A stretch of 56,528 nucleotides of DNA, the filler included, from Asterionella formosa (Eukaryota): NCBI GenBank assembly GCA_002256025.1. It is 5 parts of 5 records of this genome, joined end to end, with 100 filler letters (N's around TTAATTAATTAA, not from the genome) between each part and the next. Parts side by side here need not be neighbours in the genome. Positions count along the whole stretch, not along the records: positions 11,343 to 22,579 come from NKIB01008699.1; positions 22,680 to 33,899 come from NKIB01008709.1; 3 more parts are not named here. One strand, written 5' to 3'. The notes below the pieces were generated by a model. That model ran no database searches. It was not told the origin of the DNA and was given only the letters and a program-made list of their open reading frames with translations. Shown in pieces: positions 13,599 through 25,900 of the stretch; within the stretch, counting starts at the first letter, position 1; every line of letters begins with the position of its first letter. The translations under genes and the position numbers were made by a program.

Positions 13599-13873
13599 TG
13601 TTGGAGAAATTATTTTAGGAAAGAAAATCTCGGTATGAATTACCAACTACATATTGAATAGAATGACTCAAAAGGAATATGGTACCAGAGAAAACTCAGA
13701 ATTCGAAAACAATCTACATCGCCAGTAAAACCCATAATTCTACTAAAACTCTTAGGAACGATTACAATCGATTACTGCAACATCATTGTTTATATATACA
13801 GCCTATTTGGTCCCTGACATGTCCTTACGGGATACAAGAAAGCAATAGAGTGCTTTGGGACGCAATTTCAACA
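13599..13873 (+). repeat. 5' LTR of copia 2
   Basis: Direct repeat of 18899-19172; about 10 substitutions plus 1 indel by manual count. Confidence 0.95.
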
Positions 13874-14004
13874 GTTTTAGTAGAATTAGCCAGCCAGAGA
13901 GAGCCATATAGAACAATCAACAACAGGTGGACCGTTGAGAGTTCGGAGACAAGATCTGAGGGTACCAGACCATCAGAGTCTGAAGAAGTCGCACAAGGTG
14001 CATC

Positions 14005-17000
14005 ATGAGTGGCAAAGGAAAGTTTACCAAGAAGGCTCAGGCCAAGGGCAAGTTTCAAGCCAAGGGAGGAAGCATTGCTTCTCACACAATCAAGAAATCA
14101 GTTAATGACTGTAACTACTACTTCGGATCATCAAAGCAGGCATCTGATTATGAGACTACTACTGAGTACCTCATCAATCACATCAAGAAAGTGTTCGACT
14201 ATGGCAATGACATAGGAACAGCGCTTGAGTTATTAGAACCAATAAGCACATTGGCATGGAAGCCAAGAATGCAAGTGAGCATTGCAACAACAGAACAAGA
14301 TCGCACTGCAGAGAATCAGCAAATGAGATTGAGTTCAAGGCTGATTATGTCACCTATAGTAAAAGGGTACAGGCCTACGAAAATAATAATGCCAAGGCAA
14401 ATGCATTGCTCTGGGAAAGATGCAACAAAGCCATGAAGAACAAGATCGAAGCAAAATCCGATTACGATAGGATCAAAAATAACCCGGTCATAATTGATCC
14501 ATATTTGGCTTTATCCGCATAATCAAGGTAAAACTAGGCCATCAATTGACTGAATACTTGTTTGCGAAATTTATCTTGTAGCTTGATGTTGGTCTTGTTG
14601 TATCCATCCATGGCTTCAACGAACTTGGTGAGGATAATGGGTCCTCCCATGTGTGACTTGAACAAATCTTGTGCCACACAAAATCTTTTGGTGTAGTCTT
14701 GTAGACTTTCTACTTCCTTTTGCTTTGTAAATAAAAGCGTTCTCATCGCATCTAAAATGATCGACATAGAATATCGATTTTCTTGAAAATTTAGTGCGTG
14801 TCCTTTAATTGCCATAAGCAAAGTTATTGGGCTGAACACTCAACAATCACTCGGCAATGATCAATATCCAAAGACCATCATCGAATCCATTAATGTTCTC
14901 AGCAACCATCGGTTTGACGTAACAAATAAACCCAACAGTCACAAGAAACCAGGAGATCATAAAAAAGACAGAGAACAAAAGGATGCACGGGAGGAAGATG
15001 AAGATGTGAACTTATCATTTGCACAGTTAGAAGGAAAATTTTACTGCTGCGGTATAGCAGGTAAAAAATCTCCTTCGTGCTGAGACAAGAATATACCCAA
15101 AGAGGAATTGGCAATCAACAAGGCCCAAAGCTATGCACAGGCACTGGCTTCTACATCAGAGATGAGTACGGTTACCTCTGTTAATTACAACAACCCACTG
15201 TCATCACAAGCTTTCACAACAAGCAAATGTCAATCAATTTGGATGGGCGGGAGCTCATATGAAACTAAAATTTTACCAAGCATCTGAGATGCGTGACTAG
15301 ATACTATTGGATAAACAATCAAGTGTCACAGTCTTTTGCAATCCAAAAATGGTTGATAACATTCAAATGTCAACCAATGAAAGCATGCACCTGGCCACAA
15401 ATGGTGGATCCATGGTAACTAATATGAAGGCTGATCTCCCACAATGGGGAGAAGTATGGTTTAATGAGAAGGCAATCACCAATATCTTCAGTTATGCCGA
15501 AATGGCAGATAGATACAGAATTACCTACGACTCTGAGAAAGAAGATGCATTCATTGTTCATTTGCCTGACAAGCCAGCTCGATTCAAAAGAATTGGAATG
15601 AACTTATATGTTTTCAAGCCTCCTACAGCAATTAAGGCGGAGAATGCTCAAATTTTTAATACAGTTGAAGAGAACAAAACATTTTACACTGAGCGTCAAT
15701 TTGAAAGAGCCAAGCGAGCTCGTGATCTATTTCATGCCTTGGGTACACCATCAATTAATGATTTCAAGGCAATAATTCGTATGAATACGATCAACAGTAA
15801 TCCAGTGACTACCGATGATATCAAAATTGCAGAGAAAATTTATTTTGGACCTGACATCGGAACACTAAAAGGCAAGACAACTTGTCGCAAGCCGCTGCCA
15901 GTCGTGAACGACTATATCGAGATCCCTAAGGAGCTTATTCAAGCTCAACGCGAAGTGATTCTTCACATGGATGGAATGAAAGTGAATGGACAATCATTTC
16001 TCACAACAATTTCTCGAAACATCATGTATAGGACAGCGCAAAGGATCAAGAATCAGACAGCTAAAGTCTATCGAGATGCTTTGATTCAGGTATTTCGTGT
16101 TTATAATACCGGAGGATTGAAAATTATAACAATCCACTGTGACAACGAGTTTCGACCCCTTTGATGGAACAAATTTCCAATGAATTTCAAGTCACTATGA
16201 ACTACGCAAACCCACAAGAACATGTTCCTGAAGCGGAACGAAATAATCGAGTGATTAAAGAACGCGTGTGCGCAGCTTATCATCGATTACCTTTCAAACA
16301 TTTGCCACGACTGATGATTAAGATTCTAGTGACAGAATCTGCAAAGAAAATGAATTTCTTTCCGGCAAAGAACGGGATATCCCTGTATTACAGTCCTCAT
16401 ATGATTTTACATCAACAAAACCTGGACTATGCTCGACATTGCCAGTATACATTTGGCACTTATGTCCAAGCACATGAAGAACCTGTGTTTTCAAACACGA
16501 ATGCACCACGCAGCCTAGATTGTATTTGTCTACGCTACAATGACAACGTGCAAGGAGGTCATGAATTATTACACCTACCTACAAATTCATTGATCACTAG
16601 GCAAACAGTTACTCCTCTACCACTTACCCCAGCAATCATAAATCAAGTACACACCCTTGCTGTGCTGGGAAATATGCCAGATGGTCTCAAGATATCCATT
16701 CGAACGGGACAAATTTTTTATGATAGTGCTTGGATTGCAGGAGTGGATTATGATAATGAAGCATTTGACGATGCACAAGACGAAGATCATGAAGATCAAC
16801 ACGCTAGTGACGATGAAAGCAATGATGAAATTCTCGGAGAAGACTATGATAAAATGACTCCGGATGAAATTTATGAAGCAGAACAGCTCAAATTAAACAG
16901 CAATATCCAAGAGGATGACCCTGAACCTGAGGACAACAACGAAATTAATGTTGAAATGAATGCAGATGAAATCCAAGATGAGGATGAAGAACCAGTAAAT

Positions 17001-18876
17001 GTGACTGAAAATGAAGAGGCAATGTTAGAAGTCAATCCAAGCACTCAGGATGACTCAGAACCAAATGTTAGAACTACAAGGTCTGGAAGAGTCTCATGAC
17101 CACCATCAAAACTAACCATGGTCCAACATCATTTGCATACCCAAGTACACTGTCAAGAAGAATACACGACTGATAATGCGAAATTGATCGCAATGACAAT
17201 GTGTTATATGAATGAGATGTGTATCGACAAAGAAGCATTTCACTTTGTTCAGTCATACAGCTTAAGGAAAGACCTCAAGAAATTTGGCCAGAAAGGAAGA
17301 GACGCTGCGTATAAAGAAATGAAACAACTACATGATAGAATTGTATTTGAACCGATTAGGGTTGAAGACCTAGCAGAGATCGAAAAGCGACGCGCAATGA
17401 GAAGTCAAATTTTTTTGGTTGAAAAGCGAGACAAGAGTATTAAAGGCAGAGCTTGTGCCAATGGCAGTTCGCAACGTGAATACATGGAAAGAGAGGAAGC
17501 AGCTAGTCCGACCACCATGACTGAATCTGTTATGATAACAGCAAAAATTGATGTGAAGCAAAATCGTGATGTTATGACTGCAGATATACCCAATGCATTT
17601 GTGCAAGTGGATATCGATGAGAAAGAAAAAGGGGAGCGAATCATTATGAAGATTAGAGGTTTCCTTTTCAACATGTTGACAGAACTCAGCCCCAAGACTT
17701 ATGAAAAATATGTTGTTTATGAAGGGAACAACAAGGTCCTATATGTTAGGATGATCAATGCATTATATGGCATGTTACAGTCATCATTATTATATTACAA
17801 GAAATTTCGGAAGGATATTGAGTCAATTGGATTCAAGGTCAATCCATATGATCCATGTGTTGCAAATCGTATTGTTAATGGCAAACAGCACACAGTTACT
17901 TGGCACGTAGACGATTTGAAATCTAGTCACGTGGACAGAAAAGTGAATGATCAATGTTTGGAATGGCTCAAAAAGAAATACGCTTCTGACGAAATTGGTG
18001 AAGTCAAGGTCATGCGTGGAAAGAAGCATGATTATTTGGCGATGACACTAGATTACTCTCTTCCAGGAGTGTTGAGGGTGGACATGACCAAATATGTGAA
18101 AGCAATGATTGATGATTTTCCAGTGAAACTTGAAAGTGTTGGAAAATTCCCATGGACAGATAAATTGTTCACAGTTGATACGAAATCAAAGAAGCTTGAA
18201 TATGAAAAAGCAAAAATTTTTCATACTTTTGTTATGAAAGGAATGTTCCTATGTAAGCAAGGAAGACAGGACATTCAACCAGGAATTGCATTTCTGGCAA
18301 GCTGAACTACCGAACCGAATGAAGGCGACTGGGCAAAATTAGTCAAGATCATGAATTTCTTGAAAGCAACTCAGAATGAGGTTGCATCGATGAGTGCTGA
18401 TGACACTCGGAGCATTAAATGGTATGTTGATGCGGCGTTTGTAGTACACAAAGATTTCAAAAGTCACACAAGAGCTACATTGTCACTTGGAAACGGAATT
18501 ATTTGTTCTATGTCTACGAAACAGAAAGTGAACACTAGAAGTTCGACTGAAGCAGAATTGGTTGGTGTCGATGACATTATATCAAAGTTGTTGTGGACAA
18601 AATTATTTATTGAAGCACAAGGACAAAAGGTGACTACAAATGTCATTAACCGTGACAAAACAAGCAATGAAGCTAGAAGCAAATGGAAAAGCAAGTTCAG
18701 AAAAACGCACGCAACATTTCAACATTAAATATTTTTACTTTACTGATCTTATTGACAGAAAGGAAGTACAAATTAAGTACTGTCCAGCGGATGCCATGTT
18801 AGCAGACTAAATGACGAAACCACTGGTTGGAACGTGATTTATTCATTTCCGTGAGCAAATTATGAATTCAAAGTGA
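14005..18876 (+). pseudogene. copia 2 gag-pol pseudogene (frameshifts, stops, internal inversion 14486-14828)
   Basis: ORF fragments 14005-14436, 14256-14485, inverted 14828-14486, 15307-16164, 16161-17099, 17118-18305 and 18351-18728. Confidence 0.9.
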
Positions 18877-18898
18877 GCATCCGTGTCCAGCAGGAGTG

Positions 18899-19172
18899 TG
18901 TTGGAGAAATTATTTTAGGAAAGAAAATCTCGGTATGAATTACCAACTACATATTGAATCGAATGAATCAAAAGGAATATGGTACCAGAGAAAACTCAGA
19001 ATTCGAAACAATCTACATCGCCAGTAAAACCCATAATTCTACTAAAACTCTTAGGAACGATTACAATCGATTACTGCAACATCGTTGTTCATATCTAAAG
19101 CCTATTTGGTCCCTGACATGTCCTTACAGGATACAAGAAAGCAATAGAATGCTTCAGGACGCAATTTCAACA
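18899..19172 (+). repeat. 3' LTR of copia 2
   Basis: Direct repeat of 13599-13873. Confidence 0.95.
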
Positions 19173-20982
19173 GATTGTGGGTTTCCGATTTTACTGTGTC
19201 TGCCTGCTATATCTAAATGTATGTAGTAGCTACAATTAAAATCGTGTACTATACGCACGCTAGCAAATATTTGATTCTATCTATTTGACTAGTCTAACAT
19301 AAGAAATGAGGCAGGGGAAGCTGGCATGATCATTGTCGTCTAATCGTCAGAGATGTGTTGTAGTTGTTGCTGACATAATTACATTTTTCATTAATTTTTT
19401 GTTGTTTCAGGTCACAGTCGATGGGTGGCTATCAACGTTTAGGTTTTCCGGTAGAAAATCTTATTTCTGAACACTGTCGATGCGCTAGCTCCCCTCTATC
19501 TGGATCCCGGTGGGCTGAAAAGACATCACCTAACCTTAATGTAATCAGAAGATCGTTTGCTACTTAAGTTTAAGCAAGAAGTCAGTTTCCTGCTTAAGTT
19601 AAAAGTTCTTCGGTGTGAAGGCTGACGTGCATGAATTTCGCCACACCGGCCCATTCCAAACGACGTTTAAGTATAACGCCTTTAGTTTTTGTGGCAAATT
19701 CTGAAACGTGTATCAAAAATTCACTTCGATGTGTACAAGACGTTTTCTGTACATCCCTGTTATTGGCAAAATTCTGTCAAGAATATATGTAGCATCGATG
19801 GCTATAACAGGTCACAAGGACTGCGGACTCCTCGACTATATTCCAATGAGTCAAATGGTGCGTTCCCATGTCAAGTAGTTTACTAAGAAGATTGATGTTT
19901 CAGATCAGAAGAAGTTTCACATTAACGAAAAGGGAAGACGAGGAACAGGTTCTCAAAGTTTGATGAATGGGATTGAAACATGGTTTTAGTTTATTAAATT
20001 TTCTTAAGAAACTGTGAGAATTGACAAAATAAGGTCAATAGCGAAAACTAGTACAAAAGATTAGCAGCAAAAGATAAAAGTACAAATAGGCTAGTACGAC
20101 AGGTAGCTAAGACATACATAAGAGGATACCGGTCATCAGGGAAGGTCCGGTAGCGCACGTTTTATGAGCACCTTTTCAGTTAAAATTCACTCCCAATGAT
20201 TCGTCCCACCATGCCTGCCGGATGAGATAGACCAGCAAGTTGCGGTGATATTGCTGAGATTTCCCGTGCCTCTCGAGGCGATAGAGGGGCGACCCGAAGC
20301 AAAAGTAAGCAAGTCTTGCTTACGTTGCTTTGTTCTCTCCAAACTCAAAATCGTTCTCCTTTTTCGGCAGACGTGATGAAATAACCTAAATCTTAATCAA
20401 CAATTTTCAAAGTCGTTGGGATTGGAAATTCGTAATTGCCAGCATATCCCCATAGCAACGACCCGATATTAACTGTTATAAACTACTGGTATGTATTTAC
20501 AGTACATATGCATGTTATGTATGCATATACCGGTAGCATAAAATAAAATAATACACTACCGGCATACAGTACATAGACCAATGAAGATAATAGTACCTGG
20601 TACCGATCTACCAGTCCTCATGTTCTGTACAGGTATACTGGATCGACTGTGGGCTACCGGTAGGAGTACATAAAGCATAATGAAGACAATAGTATTCCGG
20701 TACCAGGGTACTTACTGGTAAGCAAACATTTTGAAATCTCATCACCATCACGCTTCCATATGAACCCAATAGCCAAGTGTCGTTCTCATTTTTCATGAAG
20801 ATATTTATTAATTTCGTCATGGTCAAAGATGAGACGACATGATGCACCATTCATACTCCAGCCGCTCACAACGACTATTGGTAAACAGTTACTCTATTTA
20901 ACAATACCAATTAATAGTTCATTGATATTTTCAGAATGACCCTTTTGTTTACGAGTACCAATCCAGTTGTTGACTACATATG

Positions 20983-21064
20983 ATATTTGCTGACAACGAA
21001 AGAATTTGCTGACTAAGAATAGAATTCACTGACTATGAATAGAATTTGCTAACTACAACTAGAA
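20983..21064. repeat. Degenerate 20-bp minisatellite (about 4 units)
   Basis: AGAATTTGCTGACTAAGAAT / AGAATTCACTGACTATGAAT / AGAATTTGCTAACTACAACT, plus a partial upstream unit. Confidence 0.7.
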
Positions 21065-21314
21065 GTTATTTAGCGATTTGTCAAACTAAATAGCCAAACC
21101 GTCTTCCAGTTCCTTATTAGTATCACTTGTAGAAGTAGTTGATCACGATTTCACTGATCAGAAGACGACTGGGATTTAATGAATGATAATTTAACGGCGT
21201 AGAAAGTTACTTAAGAAATTTTGGAATGGAAATAAAGACTAGAAAATTCGGAGGAAATCAGTTTATTCGGCATAGCAAAAACAGAAAACAAGGAAGACTT
21301 ATGGCTCCGGTGTT

Positions 21315-21581
21315 GTGCTAACAGAAAGTCATGAGGCAGCAAGAAAAGTCAACAAAATCCATGGACAATGCAAACATTGCAGCCAAAATGATCATCGAAG
21401 GAAAGGCAGTGCTCTCTGTCCATTCTTTCAAGGCAGAGTGCATTCTACTGGTACACATACTGGTATAGTAACAGCAAACACCCAAGAAAAGGTTACAGCA
21501 TGTGTTTCCTGTGTGGCCAGCATGGGTTTGCAAGCCATTGCAAACCAGGCCAATCAAATGGAGATAAGTAATTCACTGTAA
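21315..21581 (+). pseudogene. Possible transposase C-terminal zinc-knuckle remnant
   Basis: CKHC...HRRKGSALCPF (CxxC..H..C) in an otherwise decayed region. Confidence 0.35.
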
Positions 21582-22579
21582 CCAATCAGAATATAAATAA
21601 TACAGTAGGCACTTACAGTGGAATTTGTTGTACAGGAGATTTTATGACTTAAAATTGAAATCACAAGACTCCTTTTTCAGTGATGACATTTTGGCACTAA
21701 GTGATTCTGATTCCGATATTTTGGCAACAGATGAAAAGGCCAATTTTGTTGATTTTTTGGACAACAATTGCTCAACATTGCCTGGGTCTGAAGGAAAATT
21801 AAGTACAAAGGCCAACTCAATATAGCTTCAGAAGTTAACTTCTTGCAAGAAATTGCAGAAAGGAACTTCGATGCTTTTACTATGCCAAATAAACTGATTT
21901 CCCCCGAATTTTCTAGCCTTTTCAGCATTAGTGAAAAACATATGATCATTTCTGCAGTTTCTCACTAGATCCTATCTCCTGATGTTATATAGAGTTGACC
22001 TGTACCCCGTACTTGATCAATGACTGTATCTAAGCATATAGAAAGGATGTCCAATTATGAAAACTCCATTTGACAATATACAAACATATTTTACCCGTGA
22101 AAAGTGTGTGCTTGATAACTCTGACTCAATATTATTTTTATTCCCTAGTTCGAGCTAGGGGTCCAAATGCAGTAACCTTAAACCGTGTTCCGTATTCAAT
22201 CTTGTCGCATTCTAGATTGCATCATCATTTGCGCTTTCCAACGGAGTACCAGATGTACACAATAGCTTTTCATTGGAGTTCCTGCTGTGGTGGGCCTTCC
22301 ACTAGGTATGATGACCTACTGACAGTAGTTCATAGTCTACCGAAATCGGTTTTACCGCGTTACAACATAGACTAACAATTTGTAGAAAAGTAACTATTGG
22401 AGTCAACAAGATCAGTCTTTCCTAATACCATGAGCTCGTCATGTCCTCATCGTCATTTTCAAGAAAACTGCAGATCATTGGGGCCAGGATGACGCTTCTT
22501 CTTCAGACAGATAGAACAGGGACGGGTGTAGATGGATTTGACCCTGATGGACTCATTGCACAGAAGCATCCGCAACCAG

Positions 22580-22679
22580 NNNNNNNNNNNNNNNNNNNNN
22601 NNNNNNNNNNNNNNNNNNNNNNNTTAATTAATTAANNNNNNNNNNNNNNNNNNNNNNNNNNNNNNNNNNNNNNNNNNNN
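22580..22679. other. Artificial contig spacer
   Basis: N44-TTAATTAATTAA-N44. Confidence 0.97.
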
Positions 22680-22744
22680 TGCGGGAGTTGAATCACACAA
22701 CTTGAAATCAAAGGCCATGTGCCCAACCAACTGATCCATCCCCC
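22680..22744 (-). mobile_element. tRNA-derived SINE-like head, copy A (cut by the contig end)
   Basis: Minus strand GGGGGATGGATCAGTTGGTTGGGCACATGGCCTTTG...GATTCAACTCCCGCA with A-box-like and B-box-like motifs. Clearly similar to 47712-47782. Confidence 0.6.
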
Positions 22745-22905
22745 AAAGGCACAAGTGCAATTTTTAGTTAGATTACATTTAGTTTAAATATTATTTGTGA
22801 ATCGAATAGAACTGATGGATAGTACAATAGAGTCACATCACTATAATGCATTTAACATTAAACATCCATTCATTCTACAATTTCATCACAGCTAAAGTAG
22901 CAAGT

Positions 22906-25900
22906 TTAGGCCTTCCTGACAAGCAACCAATACTTGGCCCACCATCCACTTTCGTCGTAACTCTTTTCCAAGAAACCAACTTGATAACCAGCCATGGCAT
23001 CAGCAAATGAATCACGACTCTTGTGCTCCGACAAGTCACTGACGAAAGCATTTGTTTCGATATTCATAAAAACATTGCCTGGTTGCAATAAATTAGGAAC
23101 GACACCCCACCCGAAGAAGATTATAGCCCCACCAGGATGTAGCACTCCTTGTTCGGCGTCAAACTCTTTACTCGGAATGGAGTAGCAAGGTGATCCTCCT
23201 TCCACAAGCTTCGTAGCCTTGATTTGAATATCGTATCCAGTTCCATTGATGATGCTTGCTGCTATACATCGTCTGGAACTGAGACCGGAGAAGACCTGGC
23301 CCCAATAATTGACAAGCGTCCAGGCTTCCTCATCAAGTCTTTGGAAAAATGTGGAAGAATCACTTCCAAGCATTTTCACTCGAGCAAAGCACTGCTCAAT
23401 CACATCGATTTCGTCTTTGATTGCACTACTTAATCTCTTTCTTATGTTATTAACACTCCCGAAAACATGATTAACCTGTTTTGCTTTGATACCCTGAATG
23501 TTGTAACGAGAAAGGTTTTCCAATCCACCAGTAAAAAGAGAACTGTCCAGTTCAGATGAGTTATTTTTTCCATTGCTCATTTTCTCACGCTGCATTGATA
23601 AGAGCTTATACAATTCAGTTGAGTCCGCACTATGGTTGACTGCGAAGACACACGACTTCAAGCCAGTCTGACTAAATATGGCTATTCGCATCTTGTCGTC
23701 CTGCTGAATTTCAAAGTGACTAATTTCCTCCCAACTAACGCACCATGGTTCTCGAGACCTTCGATCAATAGCCCACAGGCACTGATCACTGGCAATTATG
23801 AGATGGCTAGGAATATTGACATGTCCAATGTAGACGTCGTCTACGCTTTCCCCTCCGGTAACAATCTTCTGTGCTTTGGCGGCCTTGTCATCATAAGGAA
23901 CTAATCGAACACTGAAGCGCTTCTCGGGAGAAAATCGTGGCAATGCTCGGCGAAGTCGCATTGGAATCTTGGGAAGGACTTGCTTGTCGCTAGTTGCGTC
24001 GGAAACGTGATTCATTACCAACACCGCGGCATCTCCTACTCCCACCACCGGTTTTACTATCGCTCCAACAAGAGCCTTTCCAATACCTTTGATGAATCCA
24101 ACGGGACCATGTTTTGACGCATACATGGTTGGCTGTTCCCACATACCGACAGTACCTGATTTGACACCGCGAGCAACACTAGCTCCAGCGAGGTACAAAG
24201 AATCTTGAATAGTCCTTTTTGTGACTCCTCGACTCATTGCATCAGTAAGCATCCTTTGATGGGCTTTTCGTTCATCGATGAAGTCGTCGTCTGCTGTCAA
24301 GCCTGCTAGGTTTGCATTCACAACGTCGGTCACATTTGCAGCCCCACGGACAACACCAACAAACACTCCACGAGCCAAACTTTGCGTTCCAATCTCAAGG
24401 CCTTCAATAAAATGAGCGGGACTGTGCATCATCCCGTTAATTGGTTCATAAAAGAAATCACGGACACCAGTCCCAACATTTGAGATAAAATCGGCTGGAG
24501 CACCAAGTATGGCCAGACTTCCAATAATACCGAAAATTTGCTTGGTCAATTGAGAGGAATAATGCGTGGTGATGATTCGCAGTAACGCTTGTGGCGATTC
24601 AAATGCGTGACCAACGACAAAAGAAGTGAATTTCAAAGGCGCGTTCGCAATACTCGCCATCCCGCGAATGAACTGAAAGATCATGAGTCCATCTGCCCCT
24701 GCCGTCCACTCCATCCATTCTTGGGTAAAAGTTAGACTCAGCCGCACTGGATGAAGGTGCAGTTGTTCAAAGTATATTCTTCCCGAGTTGGCTGTTTGTA
24801 CAACAGCTTCGATTTCTCTTGTTGCACGCTGGTCGGATCCTCGAAAGAACTTTGCCATGTCAACCGTTGTCTTTTGAATCCATTCGTTTGGGTCTTCGTA
24901 CTTGATAAACCGTGATCGACCCAGCGGTTGCATGAATGTTGCTATACACTCGACAGTGCTAATGACGCCATTAGATAAAGAAAAGCCCTCGACAATAAAA
25001 CATGAACGAAACTGATCACAACTTACCGGCGATCCAAGAAGATTTCAATTTCTAGTAAACGGATGGCTGCGTAACGGAACACAAGAGAGGAACTGTTTGG
25101 TTGCAGGCGTCGGACAGCGGACATGTGGAGCAATGGTTCGTTCGGTTCCGTGCTGGAAGGACAAAATATCTGCTTGCAAAATGAAGAAAAGAACTGTTAA
25201 ATAAATTAAATGTCTGTCCTTACAGAATAGATCCCGTGACACACTCACCATAACAGGATGGATAGATTTCCAGACGTGATTATCAACTTGTAACGACGAA
25301 AGGGTCAATTCGAAGTCGTGATATCCTTCTCGCTTTTGAGAAAATTCAAACATGAGCTTGTCAAATTGGGATAGCAAGATTTCGCGACCATAATTAGAAG
25401 GTGTTGCATTGTCGATAACGCTAATTGCAATCACGGGAAGATCTAATCGCAGACTGAACGCGACATCATCGACTTCCTCGGCAACTTTATTGCGTGACAA
25501 AGTCAGGTTGCTTCCAAAATCCAACATGGTTTCATAATGTTTCCCGCTCTTCTTCAACTTTCTTAGCAGATCTGTTGAGTTCACCCCTCGACGGCTTCCA
25601 CCAGCTATTTCAATGAACTCAATCACTTTGGTTGAGTGCTCAGCGCGAATCGTACATCGGAGTTCGGAACCATCAGGCATTGCAAGCATACTTGACGTTC
25701 CCATTGCGTCAACTTCAACAAACGCCCTCCCTTTTTGTTTATCAAACCGTTTTGATGTAGTCGTGACACAAGTCCATTCTAAAATATGTGTTTTTTCAGG
25801 ATCGTCGAATCCGAAACAGACGACCTCGTCTTTCCCGATTGTCCATACAAACTCTTCAATCCTATCTAACCCAAGGAACGCCCCAATGAGTGGGATCATG

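Larger units (their letters stand above)
13599..19172 (+). mobile_element. Full-length but inactivated Ty1/copia (diatom CoDi-type) LTR retrotransposon
   Basis: Two ~275-bp LTRs (TGTTG...TCAACA). Domain order is gag, protease (ILLDKQSSV), integrase (HCDNEF, HVPEAERNNR), RT (ADIPNAFVQ, WHVDDLKSSH), RNase H (WYVDAAF, SSTEAELVG). PPT-like CAGCAGGAGTG precedes the 3' LTR. Confidence 0.96.

Noticed and set aside
20120..20155. CTGATGA on the minus strand, suggesting a hammerhead ribozyme
   Set aside because: No stem II or GAAA core follows at a suitable distance.
22680..22744. Functional tRNA-Gln gene
   Set aside because: No convincing anticodon stem or cloverleaf, and it matches a longer non-tRNA element at 47712; treated as SINE-like.
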